Shown here piece by piece: positions 30,225 to 39,624 of a stretch of DNA of 64,000 nucleotides (positions within the stretch are counted from its first letter, which is position 1; every line of letters starts with the position of its first letter). This stretch comes from an uncultured virus (IMG/VR IMGVR_UViG_3300008113_000027). Taxonomy: Duplodnaviria; Heunggongvirae; Uroviricota; Caudoviricetes. Location of the stretch: IMG/VR virus record IMGVR_UViG_3300008113_000027. One strand, given 5' to 3'. A program made the translations under genes and the position numbers. Below the pieces are notes generated by a model that worked only from the letters and a program-made list of their open reading frames with translations, did no database searches and was not told where the DNA came from.

Positions 30225-30857
30225 ATGAGAAAAATTAAAATTTATTCAACTGCAACAGGTATTGCAGTAGTAGAATCTAGTGCAACTAACTGGGGTCAGC
30301 TTAAAAATGAATTGGCTGACAAAGGTTATTCAGTATCTAACATGACAGCAGTTGAAAACAAAAACAATTCTAACTTAGAGTTAGATGAAGCTAATCTTCC
30401 TGATGGTGAATTTGTATTGATGTTAGCTCCTAAGAAAACTAAGAGTGGTGGATTATCTTATAGTGAGATAAGACTAAAGATTAAACAAGCATTTGAAGAT
30501 GATAAAGAAGCTGCTAATGAGCATTTTAATGTAGGTAAAAACTACACTAACAAATCTAAAGATGAGTTAGAATCTCTTTTGTCATCTTGGGAAAACAGAT
30601 ATGAAGAGGAAGATTATGATGACGATGATTATGACAATGAAGATGAAGAAGATGAATCTCACCTTTTAGAATCTGCTATAAATACATTACGTTTTAGTAA
30701 TCTGTATAAAGCAAGAAAAGATGATTTTGAACTTGCATTTGACCTCATCAATGGTCATGTATCTGCTGCTACTATTTGTAATTCTATAAATACAAAATCA
30801 GATTTACTTACAGATGAAGAAGATGCATGGATTAAAAGCATGAAAAATAGGATTTAA
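30225..30857 (+). CDS. Ubiquitin-like (beta-grasp) protein, GG at 75-76, with acidic C-terminal extension
   Basis: strand-strand-helix (TNWGQLKNEL)...LP.GEFVLMLAPKKTKSGG; adjacent to E2/JAB/E1 genes. Confidence 0.65.
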   Translation: MRKIKIYSTATGIAVVESSATNWGQLKNELADKGYSVSNMTAVENKNNSNLELDEANLPDGEFVLMLAPKKTKSGGLSYSEIRLKIKQAFEDDKEAANEHFNVGKNYTNKSKDELESLLSSWENRYEEEDYDDDDYDNEDEEDESHLLESAINTLRFSNLYKARKDDFELAFDLINGHVSAATICNSINTKSDLLTDEEDAWIKSMKNRI

Positions 30858-30871
30858 ATTATTTTCTAACT

Positions 30872-30902
30872 AAAGAGCCTGACTAACAATCAGGCTCTTT
30901 TT
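30872..30902 (+). terminator. Intrinsic terminator/attenuator after Ubl gene
   Basis: AAAGAGCCTGA/TCAGGCTCTTT plus T-run. Confidence 0.75.
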
Positions 30903-30915
30903 AATTTATATCTAT

Positions 30916-32121
30916 ATGTTAGGAATAGCATCATTGTTTTATAATAAACGTAATGTAGATTTAGATAGAATCAATAAATTATTGTATTACAAAACATTAA
31001 ATAAGAATTTATCAAACATATTTTGGTTTTACAACATCATCAAAGATGGATTAGACAAACAAGGATATGATTATGATATATATTTATCTTATGACTATGA
31101 TTCACGTATTCTAAAAGATGAATTTGCAGTATTAAATTATAAATTTAATATTAAGATTCCATTTAATTATTTTGAATATGATGAGCCAAATAGTGAGTTA
31201 TTTCATTACTTTCCTACATTAACTGTTGTAATACATTATCCTGAGTTGAAAGTTACTAATAAACTTAACAAGTCTATTCATATAACAGATATGTATGTAA
31301 AGTTTAGAATTAATCAAAAAGGTGATATGAATAAAAGAGGATTAGAAGGTAGAAGAGGTAGTTTTACAGAATTGCAACTTGAAAAAAATTACAGTCATTC
31401 TCATTTACCTTCTTCTGCTACAACTGGTTTTACTAATTTTTGTCTAGGTTCAGGTACTGATATTACTATGTCAATGATGATGTTATATGAGCAAGTATTG
31501 AATAAGAATAAAGAAGAAGTACCAAATGTATTTAACTTATTTCTTCTTAATCTTAAAGCATATTTGCAGTATGAGTCATTAGAGGGTGGACCATATATCA
31601 GAATGTCAACTCTTACAGATAGTGCAGCAACTAAATCATCAGTATTTGAATTGATTAACTTGGCTAAATACATTGCTAGACATATTGATAATAATGGTAC
31701 TCATTATTTTTTCTATTCATTAATAGATGAGTTAGTTAAAGAGAATGCTGTATTTCTTATTAATGAGCAGTTAGTATTTAAAGATGATTATTTTGAAAAG
31801 ATTTTAGTTGGATTACTTACTAAAAATCAATTTTCTTTTTCAAATTATCCATTTAGTTTCACTATTTATTGTAATGGGGAATTAGTAAATAAACTTGGCT
31901 CAGCAGATTTAATGTATAGAATCAAAGATAAGTATGTTTTATTTAAAAAGACTAAAAGACCTGTAACAATAACTAATGCATCACTAACTGATAGCTTTGA
32001 AGTTAAAGTTACTAAACCAGCACTTTGTTATATTTATAACAAGTTGAATGACAATCATTATTATTCTAAAATTCTAAATTATTTAATAAATGAAAAATAT
32101 CAAAAAGCTGAAACTGTATGA
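30916..32121 (+). CDS. Putative prokaryotic E2-like conjugating enzyme
   Basis: YSHSHLP...FTNFCLGSG, resembling the HPN...IC(L) E2 active site; gene context. Confidence 0.6.
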   Translation: MLGIASLFYNKRNVDLDRINKLLYYKTLNKNLSNIFWFYNIIKDGLDKQGYDYDIYLSYDYDSRILKDEFAVLNYKFNIKIPFNYFEYDEPNSELFHYFPTLTVVIHYPELKVTNKLNKSIHITDMYVKFRINQKGDMNKRGLEGRRGSFTELQLEKNYSHSHLPSSATTGFTNFCLGSGTDITMSMMMLYEQVLNKNKEEVPNVFNLFLLNLKAYLQYESLEGGPYIRMSTLTDSAATKSSVFELINLAKYIARHIDNNGTHYFFYSLIDELVKENAVFLINEQLVFKDDYFEKILVGLLTKNQFSFSNYPFSFTIYCNGELVNKLGSADLMYRIKDKYVLFKKTKRPVTITNASLTDSFEVKVTKPALCYIYNKLNDNHYYSKILNYLINEKYQKAETV

Positions 32122-33175
32122 TTTTGAATATACAATTCCTGTAAAACTATCTCATCTTGTTTGGGAAAAGATACAGTATTTATGTTCTCATATTAATACA
32201 GTAGAATGGAGTGGTTGTACATTTTATTCTATTGAAGGTGACCTTACAAAACCTGAAACTGTCTATATTAAAGTGGAAGATATGATTCCATTAGATAAAG
32301 GTAGTACAGGATTTACTGAGTATTCTTTTGACCAAAGAGTATTATCTTACTTAATGGAAAAAGACTATTTTCATTTAAAGATAGGACATCTTCATAGTCA
32401 TCACAACATGAAAACATTTTTTTCAGGTACAGACACAGATGAAGTAGTAGAAAACTCAGAACACATTAAGCCTTATCTTAGTATTATTGTAAACAATAGA
32501 CATGAATTCTCTGCAAAGATTGCATTTAGGATTAAAACAGTTACACCTACAACATTTGAGTTTCAAAACATTGATAATTCTATAACTACATTATCATCAG
32601 TAGAAGAAGATGAGTATGTAGGTAATTATAATTGTAAAATAGTTTTACCTGAAACTACTTGGAATGTAGATGAAACATTTTTAAATCAGTTTACAGCTAT
32701 TAACAAGCCTAAACCTGCTCCAAAGATTGATTTTTATAAACCTAAAGTAGGAAATGTTAAACCTAATTCTAAATACACTCAAACAGAGTTATTTGATGAA
32801 GCTAGTTGGTGGCAAGAGAATAATTCTATTCCTTCTGAAGGAGTTACTCCTCCTTGGTGGAATGCATCAGAACCATTGTTTTGTAAAATTCTAAGATTAG
32901 GTATGGATGTTCCAAATGATAATTTAGAACAAGCATTGGAAGATTTAGAAAATTCAGTAACTCAATCTAAAGATTTTAATTTAAGTAATTATGCTGCTTC
33001 TATAAAATCTAATTTTAAGAAATGGGTATATGAGTTTTATGAAAGACCATTTATTCTTAAATCTGAATTAGATGATACTTGGCAAGACTTTGTTGAAGAG
33101 TTAATGTTTAGTGCTGATGAATTTGTTGTGTTAAGTGAATTAATAGAATTATTAACAGAAGAAAACACATTGTAA
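32090..33175 (+). CDS. JAB/MPN+ metallo-isopeptidase
   Basis: EWSG and GHLHSHHNMKTFFSGTD = E...HxH-x7-S-x2-D. Confidence 0.88.
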   Translation: MKNIKKLKLYDFEYTIPVKLSHLVWEKIQYLCSHINTVEWSGCTFYSIEGDLTKPETVYIKVEDMIPLDKGSTGFTEYSFDQRVLSYLMEKDYFHLKIGHLHSHHNMKTFFSGTDTDEVVENSEHIKPYLSIIVNNRHEFSAKIAFRIKTVTPTTFEFQNIDNSITTLSSVEEDEYVGNYNCKIVLPETTWNVDETFLNQFTAINKPKPAPKIDFYKPKVGNVKPNSKYTQTELFDEASWWQENNSIPSEGVTPPWWNASEPLFCKILRLGMDVPNDNLEQALEDLENSVTQSKDFNLSNYAASIKSNFKKWVYEFYERPFILKSELDDTWQDFVEELMFSADEFVVLSELIELLTEENTL

Positions 33176-33176
33176 T

Positions 33177-33935
33177 ATGAGTAAAGACAGATTTAAAGAT
33201 GCATTGTGGTATAACAAGCCAGTAAGAATATTAGTATTTGGTGCAGGTGGTATAGGTTCTTGGACTTCATTCTTTTTAACAAGAGCAGGTTTTAATGTAT
33301 TGAGTGTAGATTATGACTTAGTAGAAGAACATAATCTTGGTGGACAAATGTTTTTACATCAGGATATAGGTGAATCTAAAGTCATTGCATTACATAATAC
33401 TATTGCTCTATTTAATGATAATGATTATTCATTTACATATAAAAATGAGAAACTTGTTCAAAGTACTAATTTAGATACTTTAATTAGTAGAATGGGAGGT
33501 TATGCAACTAGAGAATCTCCAGTTATAATAATTTCTGCATTTGACAATATGGAAGCTAGAAAATTATTATTTGAAAAGTTTCTTGCTTATTGTAATTCAG
33601 AATATTCTTCTGTAACTCCAGATAAAATTTGGTTTGTAGATGGTAGATTATTGATGGAGCAAATGAGAATTTATTGTATTCCTGGTAATAATCAACATTT
33701 ACAAATGGATTACATTGATAATCATTTATTTGCAGATTCAGATGTAGAAGATTTAATGTGTACAATGAAACAAGTATCTCATGGTGCAGCTATGATTGCT
33801 ACTCATATAACTGGTTTTGTTACAAATATCATCTCTAATGTTACAGAGTGGGATGATAATGTATTCAAGATTCCTTATATATGGGATTACATTATACCAT
33901 TCAATAAACTAACTGAAAACTATGAAGCACGATGA
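33177..33935 (+). CDS. E1-like ThiF/MoeB adenylating enzyme
   Basis: GAGGIGS, DYDLVEEHNLGGQ, KV, FDNMEAR, DGR, candidate catalytic Cys in LMCTMKQ. Confidence 0.9.
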   Translation: MSKDRFKDALWYNKPVRILVFGAGGIGSWTSFFLTRAGFNVLSVDYDLVEEHNLGGQMFLHQDIGESKVIALHNTIALFNDNDYSFTYKNEKLVQSTNLDTLISRMGGYATRESPVIIISAFDNMEARKLLFEKFLAYCNSEYSSVTPDKIWFVDGRLLMEQMRIYCIPGNNQHLQMDYIDNHLFADSDVEDLMCTMKQVSHGAAMIATHITGFVTNIISNVTEWDDNVFKIPYIWDYIIPFNKLTENYEAR

Positions 33936-34410
33936 TTTCAATGTTATATTTCCAAAATATGATGTTTATGTACCTGGTAGTACAATTTATGTAGATAAGT
34001 TTTTTAGTAGTGCAAATAACATTAATAACAATAGTAGTAGAAATGTATATATAACGAAAGTCAATAAAACATCTAGTGATAAAACATTGACAGCATTTTT
34101 TACAGGTACTTCTAAATTAGCTTATTTACCAAAAGAAGAGTTGTTTGTTACCAGAGGTCTTATACTTGATTCTTTAACATTAAATGTAGTAGCTCAAGTA
34201 GTTAACAAACATAAAAAGCAATATTTTATCAAGATAAAAGATTACCATTATTATAGAAACTCTTGTTTAGCATTGTATATTGATAAGAAATATACAGCTG
34301 ATAAAAAGTATTCTAAAGTTATGAATTATCTTTTATCTTTGAGTAAATATATTGACACTCACATTGTATCACAGGATAAATTACAACTAGTTATCAATGA
34401 ATCAAAATAG
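33922..34410 (+). CDS. Hypothetical protein overlapping the E1 gene end
   Basis: 162 aa; 14-nt overlap with ThiF gene. Confidence 0.5.
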   Translation: MKHDDFNVIFPKYDVYVPGSTIYVDKFFSSANNINNNSSRNVYITKVNKTSSDKTLTAFFTGTSKLAYLPKEELFVTRGLILDSLTLNVVAQVVNKHKKQYFIKIKDYHYYRNSCLALYIDKKYTADKKYSKVMNYLLSLSKYIDTHIVSQDKLQLVINESK

Positions 34411-34478
34411 AAACAAAGGGCATAATGTAAATTAGGATATTTAATATAAAATAGTTATATTTGTAAAAAATAATAATT

Positions 34479-35078
34479 ATGGCTAGAATTCCTAAAAACA
34501 TTAAAGTTCAAACTTTTATTTATACATTAGAGGACCCTGATACTAATGAAATAAAATATATTGGTAAAACTGTTAAACCATTAAAAACTAGATTAACAAA
34601 TCATATCTATTCTTGTAAAAGAGAAACAAACCATAGAACAAATTGGATAAAATCTATCATTAAAAAAGGTAAAAAACCTATAATAAAAATGATAGATTTT
34701 TGTTCTTGGGAAAAAAGTCAAGAATTAGAAACTTATTGGATTAATAAATTTAAAAATGAAGGAGCTAATCTTGTAAATTTAACTAATGGAGGAGAAGGTA
34801 ATTTAGGATTAAAACTTAGTAAAGAACGAAGAGATAAACTTACATTAGCTGTTTCTAAAAAAATTTACCAGTATACTTTAGATGGAATATTTGTAAAAGA
34901 ATTTAAAAATGCTGTTGAAGCTGCTAAAGAATTAAACTTAAAACATTGTTCTAAAATAAATGCTACTGCAAGAGGAGAAAGAAAAAAAGCAGCAGGATTT
35001 TTATGGTCTTATGTAAAAGTTGATTTTTTAGAAAAATACAAAAGTAAATATGAAAAATCAAGAGAAAAAAGTAATTAG
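34479..35078 (+). mobile_element. Free-standing GIY-YIG homing endonuclease with NUMOD1-like DNA-binding domain
   Basis: FIYTL.DP...IKYIGKT, R..NH, E.YWI, LVN; C-terminal IYQYTLDG.FVKEF...EAAKEL...AAGFLW; own TATATTTG promoter box near 34456. Confidence 0.85.
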
Positions 35079-35466
35079 TGGGTCTACAAATAGAAAAAAA
35101 GGACACTCAGCTGAAAGGTTTTATGCCCAAAAGTTTAGAGAAGTCTTTCCACAATGTCAAACAAGTAGATATGCATCAAGAATGTTAGATGATGGTGGAG
35201 TAGATTTAGCAAATATTCCTTTACTTGTACAAATTAAAGCAGGAGTACATAAAGGAATAAAATACCAGGATGTATTGAAAAATATTGAAGATAAATTACC
35301 TCATCTCACAAAAGAATTTCCTAAAGCACTTATACATCATAAGCAAGTAGGAAAAGGTAAAAAAAGAGATGAGTATTCATCTTTAGTAATTCTTACATTT
35401 GATGATTTTTTTAACCTAATAAAACAAGTATATGATAATCAGGAGCACAATTCAGGAAATAAATGA
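35050..35466 (+). CDS. Holliday junction resolvase-like PD-(D/E)xK nuclease
   Basis: NRKKGHSAER, GVDL, VQIK. Confidence 0.7.
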   Translation: MKNQEKKVISGSTNRKKGHSAERFYAQKFREVFPQCQTSRYASRMLDDGGVDLANIPLLVQIKAGVHKGIKYQDVLKNIEDKLPHLTKEFPKALIHHKQVGKGKKRDEYSSLVILTFDDFFNLIKQVYDNQEHNSGNK

Positions 35467-36511
35467 CTATATTAGTTCATCTGCAATTAATCAATCCAAA
35501 CTTAAACTTTTAATGGTTGGAGCAGATGCATTTAAAGAAGTCAAAGAACCAGACCTTTTCTTTGAAGAAAAAGAACATTTTGTAATTGGTAAAGCAGTAG
35601 ATGATTTTATTACTATGGGTGAAGAATACTTTAATCAAAGTTATTACATTAGTAGTAATTCTAAACCATCTGCATTAATAATGTCTATTGTACAACAAGT
35701 ATTTCAATCTCGTAACAATGATGATTGGTTTGAACAAGATTTAGAACCAGCTATTGATGCACATAGTTATCAACCAAATTGGAAACTAGAAACAAGAGTT
35801 AGAAAAGTTTCTGAAGAAGGTGAGCAATATTGGTCTGAACTTGTACAAAGTGAAGGTAAACAAGTACTTAGTGTAGAACAAGATATGAAAGTAAAGCAAA
35901 TTATCAATCAACTGTTGACTCATAAGTACACTAAAGAACTGTTTGAAGATGAAGAAGGAGTAGAAACTTATTATCAATTACCTATTTATTTTGAAGTTGA
36001 AGGTGTAAGTTGTAAAGCTCTTCTTGATATGGTTAAAGTAAACCATAATACAGAAGAAATTTATGCTTATGACATTAAAACTATTGGTGACTATACTAAA
36101 AACTTTGATAAACAATGTCTTAAAAGAAGATATGATATTCAAGCATCTTGGTATATGGAAGCATTAATTCAATGGATGGATAATAATTTTCCTAATTACA
36201 CTTTAACTCCTATTTCTTTTATTGTTGCTTCTACAACTAAAGATTGTTCTCCCCTTGAGTTTGTAACTGATGTTAATTTTATAAATGTAGGTAAATTTGG
36301 TATGAACTTTCTTCATGAATATGAAATTACTTATAGAGATAAAACTCCTGAAGAAGAATTAGAATCTATTGTAAAAGAAAGCAGAGTAAAAGGTTGGTTA
36401 GATTTACTTGAAGATTATAAATGGTATGAAGAAAATGGCTGGGATGAAGATAAAGAAGTAACTCAAGCTAATGGTGTATTTTTTATTGGGTCTGATTTTA
36501 CTAAGTTTTAA
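35432..36511 (+). CDS. PD-(D/E)xK exonuclease (RecE/Cas4-like)
   Basis: NQSKLK, GKAVD, CKALLD, YDIKT, YDIQASWY. Confidence 0.8.
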   Translation: MIIRSTIQEINDYISSSAINQSKLKLLMVGADAFKEVKEPDLFFEEKEHFVIGKAVDDFITMGEEYFNQSYYISSNSKPSALIMSIVQQVFQSRNNDDWFEQDLEPAIDAHSYQPNWKLETRVRKVSEEGEQYWSELVQSEGKQVLSVEQDMKVKQIINQLLTHKYTKELFEDEEGVETYYQLPIYFEVEGVSCKALLDMVKVNHNTEEIYAYDIKTIGDYTKNFDKQCLKRRYDIQASWYMEALIQWMDNNFPNYTLTPISFIVASTTKDCSPLEFVTDVNFINVGKFGMNFLHEYEITYRDKTPEEELESIVKESRVKGWLDLLEDYKWYEENGWDEDKEVTQANGVFFIGSDFTKF

Positions 36512-36512
36512 T

Positions 36513-37070
36513 ATGGAAAGGATTAAAGTTCAAGTAGGTACTATTGTAATGAATAAAACTGCTAAGTTTATAAAACCAGCACTTAGGTTATATGGTGATG
36601 AGTTTATTAAAAAACTAAGTAGTATTTATAAATTAGCTTATGGTATTGGGGATATGTTTGTCAATAAAGATTATGAACAACATATATTTATATTGATTGA
36701 CACTAAAAAATGTATTAATCATTGGGTTAATACATTAGATTGGATTAGAGAACAAAATTATTATGAAGATGATTATGCATTTGATGATTTAGTTACAGGT
36801 AGATTACACATGTTAGTGTTAAAATTACCTGATGGTATAGATTTAGAATTATTTATGAAAGGTAAATATTCACAAATGTATACAAATCAAGAGATTATTA
36901 ATTTATTAGATGATGATACAAAAGCAATAGTAATTAAAGATTCTAATTATAGAGTAAAATTTTACAACAAACTAATAGAGCATTTTAAAATAACTTTTTC
37001 TATAAATGATTTAAATCCTGACATTGAACTTGAATTACCACCAACAATAGATGAACAACAAATTTTCTAA
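36513..37070 (+). CDS. Hypothetical conserved phage protein
   Basis: ORF; start re-called to ATG 36513. Confidence 0.55.
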   Translation: MERIKVQVGTIVMNKTAKFIKPALRLYGDEFIKKLSSIYKLAYGIGDMFVNKDYEQHIFILIDTKKCINHWVNTLDWIREQNYYEDDYAFDDLVTGRLHMLVLKLPDGIDLELFMKGKYSQMYTNQEIINLLDDDTKAIVIKDSNYRVKFYNKLIEHFKITFSINDLNPDIELELPPTIDEQQIF

Positions 37071-37074
37071 TTAT

Positions 37075-37098
37075 AGGGGAAGGAAACTTCCCCTTTTT
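37075..37098 (+). terminator. Intrinsic terminator
   Basis: AGGGGAAG-GAAA-CTTCCCCT plus T-run. Confidence 0.8.
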
Positions 37099-37112
37099 AA
37101 TTTATACTAACT

Positions 37113-37397
37113 ATGAGCAAAGATGGAGATATAATGAAATTAGTTAAAATCACTTCTAAAAATGTATATTTATTATTTGAAGATAGCATTGACATAACTG
37201 ATGATGGTATGATTGGAGGATTGCTTTTAGCAACTACTGACTCTAAAGCATTACCAGATTTTGTAAGTGTTGCATTACTTAAAAAAGATAATATTGACAC
37301 ATTTATTATTGAAGATGAAGAAAATACAATTTGGGATGTAAAAGTTTCAAAAGATGGAGAAGAAATTTATATTCACTTAGCTAATCAATTACTATGA
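37113..37397 (+). CDS. Hypothetical protein
   Basis: 94 aa ORF. Confidence 0.5.
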   Translation: MSKDGDIMKLVKITSKNVYLLFEDSIDITDDGMIGGLLLATTDSKALPDFVSVALLKKDNIDTFIIEDEENTIWDVKVSKDGEEIYIHLANQLL

Positions 37398-37729
37398 CTG
37401 TAAAAATATGGGATGTTTACGAATTTACTTGTTCTAATTGCTGCCACACAAATAAAGAACTAATAGATATAGTCTATGAAGATGAAATAGAATCAAGACC
37501 AAACGTAATTTTTTTGTTAGCAGAATTAAGTTTAGCTCAAGTTACAAATACTGACCACCAATGTATTACTGTTTATAAAAGAATATTAACTGCATTTAAA
37601 GAATTAGTCACTAATGCAGATGCTTATCAAGAATTTAAATCTGAAATTGAGAATGTAAAAACTTTTCTTTGGGGCATTAAATTAGCAATAGAAGATTGCC
37701 CTGAAGGAAAAATTTGTTTCACAGAATAA
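37394..37729 (+). CDS. Hypothetical protein
   Basis: 111 aa, ATGA overlap with previous gene. Confidence 0.5.
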   Translation: MTVKIWDVYEFTCSNCCHTNKELIDIVYEDEIESRPNVIFLLAELSLAQVTNTDHQCITVYKRILTAFKELVTNADAYQEFKSEIENVKTFLWGIKLAIEDCPEGKICFTE

Positions 37730-37739
37730 CACACTAATT

Positions 37740-38372
37740 ATGAAAAATTTATTATTTTTACTGATGATACTATTCATCAGTTGTTCAGAACAAAAGTATA
37801 TTGATGAACCTACACAAATAGAAACTTGGAATGGGTCAGACACTCTTAAAATTATGATGGATAGTGCTGATGACCCTAATCCAAAAATACACAAACACAA
37901 GTTTAACAAAGTAACATTTACTCATCCAACTATCAGTAATGCATCAGAAAGACAGTACATATTAAAGTACTACAAAACTGCACAACAAGAACATAAACAA
38001 TTTGGTATTCCAGCATCTATAAAATTAGCACAAGGTTTATTAGAATCAGCATCAGGTACATCTATATTATCTAAGAAAACAAATAATCATTTTGGTATTA
38101 AGTGGACATCTAATCATAAAGGTGGTTATGTAGTTGCTAAAGATGATAGACCTGATGATAGATTTAGAAAGTATAAATCAGTATGGTATTCTTATCGTGA
38201 CCATTCTAATTTTTTAATGATGGACAGATATAAACCATGTAGAGATTGTGGTAATAATTATAAATGCTGGGCAAAACAATTAAAGAAGTGTGGTTATGCA
38301 ACAGCACCACATTATGCAGAAGCACTTATAGCTATTATTGATAGAAATAAACTTTACAAGTATGACAACTAA
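37740..38372 (+). CDS. GH73 glucosaminidase (FlgJ-like peptidoglycan hydrolase) with lipoprotein signal
   Basis: IPASIKLAQGLLES, NNHFGIK, FRKY, GYATAPHY; lipobox FISC. Confidence 0.88.
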   Translation: MKNLLFLLMILFISCSEQKYIDEPTQIETWNGSDTLKIMMDSADDPNPKIHKHKFNKVTFTHPTISNASERQYILKYYKTAQQEHKQFGIPASIKLAQGLLESASGTSILSKKTNNHFGIKWTSNHKGGYVVAKDDRPDDRFRKYKSVWYSYRDHSNFLMMDRYKPCRDCGNNYKCWAKQLKKCGYATAPHYAEALIAIIDRNKLYKYDN

Positions 38373-38661
38373 AGTAAAATGTATTAATGATAATTTTTCT
38401 AAAGTTATAGATGAACTTACAAGAGAAGCAAATGGACTTCCTCTAAATTTCCCTGTTAAGGGAGAACTTTATACAATTAGAGAAACATTTGACAATGATG
38501 GGTTAGTAACATCTTATTTACTTCAAGAAATACATAATCCTACATTTTACATTCCTGTTATAAAACAAAGAAGAGAGTTATCATTTGCTGAATGGAGATT
38601 TGAGCAAGTATTAGATGACATCTCAATTGAAGTTACAGAAGAAGTTCATGCCCTGCACTAA
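38362..38661 (+). CDS. Hypothetical protein
   Basis: KVKCIND...PVKGELYTIR...F..WRF; start re-called to 38362. Confidence 0.55.
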   Translation: MTTKVKCINDNFSKVIDELTREANGLPLNFPVKGELYTIRETFDNDGLVTSYLLQEIHNPTFYIPVIKQRRELSFAEWRFEQVLDDISIEVTEEVHALH

Positions 38662-38727
38662 CAGCATCAGGTCAAGGTCAGTTAATTAAATGTTAGTGCA
38701 GTTTTTATCACACAAAAAATCAAAATT

Positions 38728-38916
38728 ATGAGAGAACATTATTATAGACAACTTGAAAGAGTAAAAGGACTTATTGAGTTTATTGATTTTACATTGTTAA
38801 AAACAGAACTAAATATGTCATTTGAAACTATCCAATATTTTAAGCAAAAAAGAGAAGAATATATTACTGTAAAAGAATATTGTTTAAATAAGATAGAAGA
38901 ACACGAAGAAGATTAA
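38728..38916 (+). CDS. Hypothetical protein
   Basis: 62 aa ORF. Confidence 0.45.
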   Translation: MREHYYRQLERVKGLIEFIDFTLLKTELNMSFETIQYFKQKREEYITVKEYCLNKIEEHEED

Positions 38917-38917
38917 A

Positions 38918-39118
38918 ATGACAATATTTGAACCACAAAATAGAGTAGAAGTGATTACACCTAAAGGTAAAGGGTTTATATGGTTAGTAACAGAATATGG
39001 TACTGAAACATCTAAACTCTTTACTGTTATACAAGATAATGGTGAAATATGGGAATGGCAAAACAAAGATGTAAAAGTATTAAATAATATTTCATTTAAT
39101 AGACTATGCACAACATAA
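38918..39118 (+). CDS. Hypothetical protein
   Basis: 66 aa; V.TPKGKG motif. Confidence 0.5.
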   Translation: MTIFEPQNRVEVITPKGKGFIWLVTEYGTETSKLFTVIQDNGEIWEWQNKDVKVLNNISFNRLCTT

Positions 39119-39609
39119 TTAAAACACCCAATTATCTACTAATTGTAGATGATTCAAAAATTGAGTTAGGAAGCTGGCACACTTGTATTTATCCTGAATA
39201 TCCATTAGAAGCAAGATTTACAGATGAATCTACTAAGTATGATATTTGTAAGGGTTGCAAAAACATAATTGCACATTTACCACTCAACAATGCACCTACA
39301 CTTGAAGGTGTAGATTTATTACCACCAATTGAACCAATAGGTTTTGATGAATATCAATACACAGAGGAGGATTTGAGGAAAGCTATGAAATACGCTTCTG
39401 AAATTACCAATAATAAAATGAAGTATATGGAAGATTATATTCAATCCCTCCAACAACCAAAATATCCTATTGGATTTGAGTGTGAAAAATCTTTGTGTTT
39501 TCCATCGCATTGTTTTAGAGATTGTGATATGAGGTGTAAATACCCAAGACCAAAAACAACCACCAACTCACAAGGTCTTACTCAATGGGTAGGTGAGTAT
39601 ATTTATTAA
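39106..39609 (+). CDS. Hypothetical protein
   Basis: 167 aa; IIAHLPLNNAP.LEGVDLLPP, YTEEDL. Confidence 0.55.
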   Translation: MHNIIKTPNYLLIVDDSKIELGSWHTCIYPEYPLEARFTDESTKYDICKGCKNIIAHLPLNNAPTLEGVDLLPPIEPIGFDEYQYTEEDLRKAMKYASEITNNKMKYMEDYIQSLQQPKYPIGFECEKSLCFPSHCFRDCDMRCKYPRPKTTTNSQGLTQWVGEYIY

Positions 39610-39624
39610 TTTTAAAAAACTAAT

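Noticed and set aside
33177..33935. ThiF as a thiamine/molybdopterin sulfur-transfer or microcin-maturation enzyme
   Set aside because: No ThiG, MoaE or cysteine desulfurase partners seen; neighbours are JAB, E2-like and Ubl genes. Disfavoured, not formally excluded
38653..38706. Hairpin CTGCACTAACA/TGTTAGTGCAG as an ncRNA
   Set aside because: Overlaps a stop codon and is followed by a T-run; most simply a large-loop terminator
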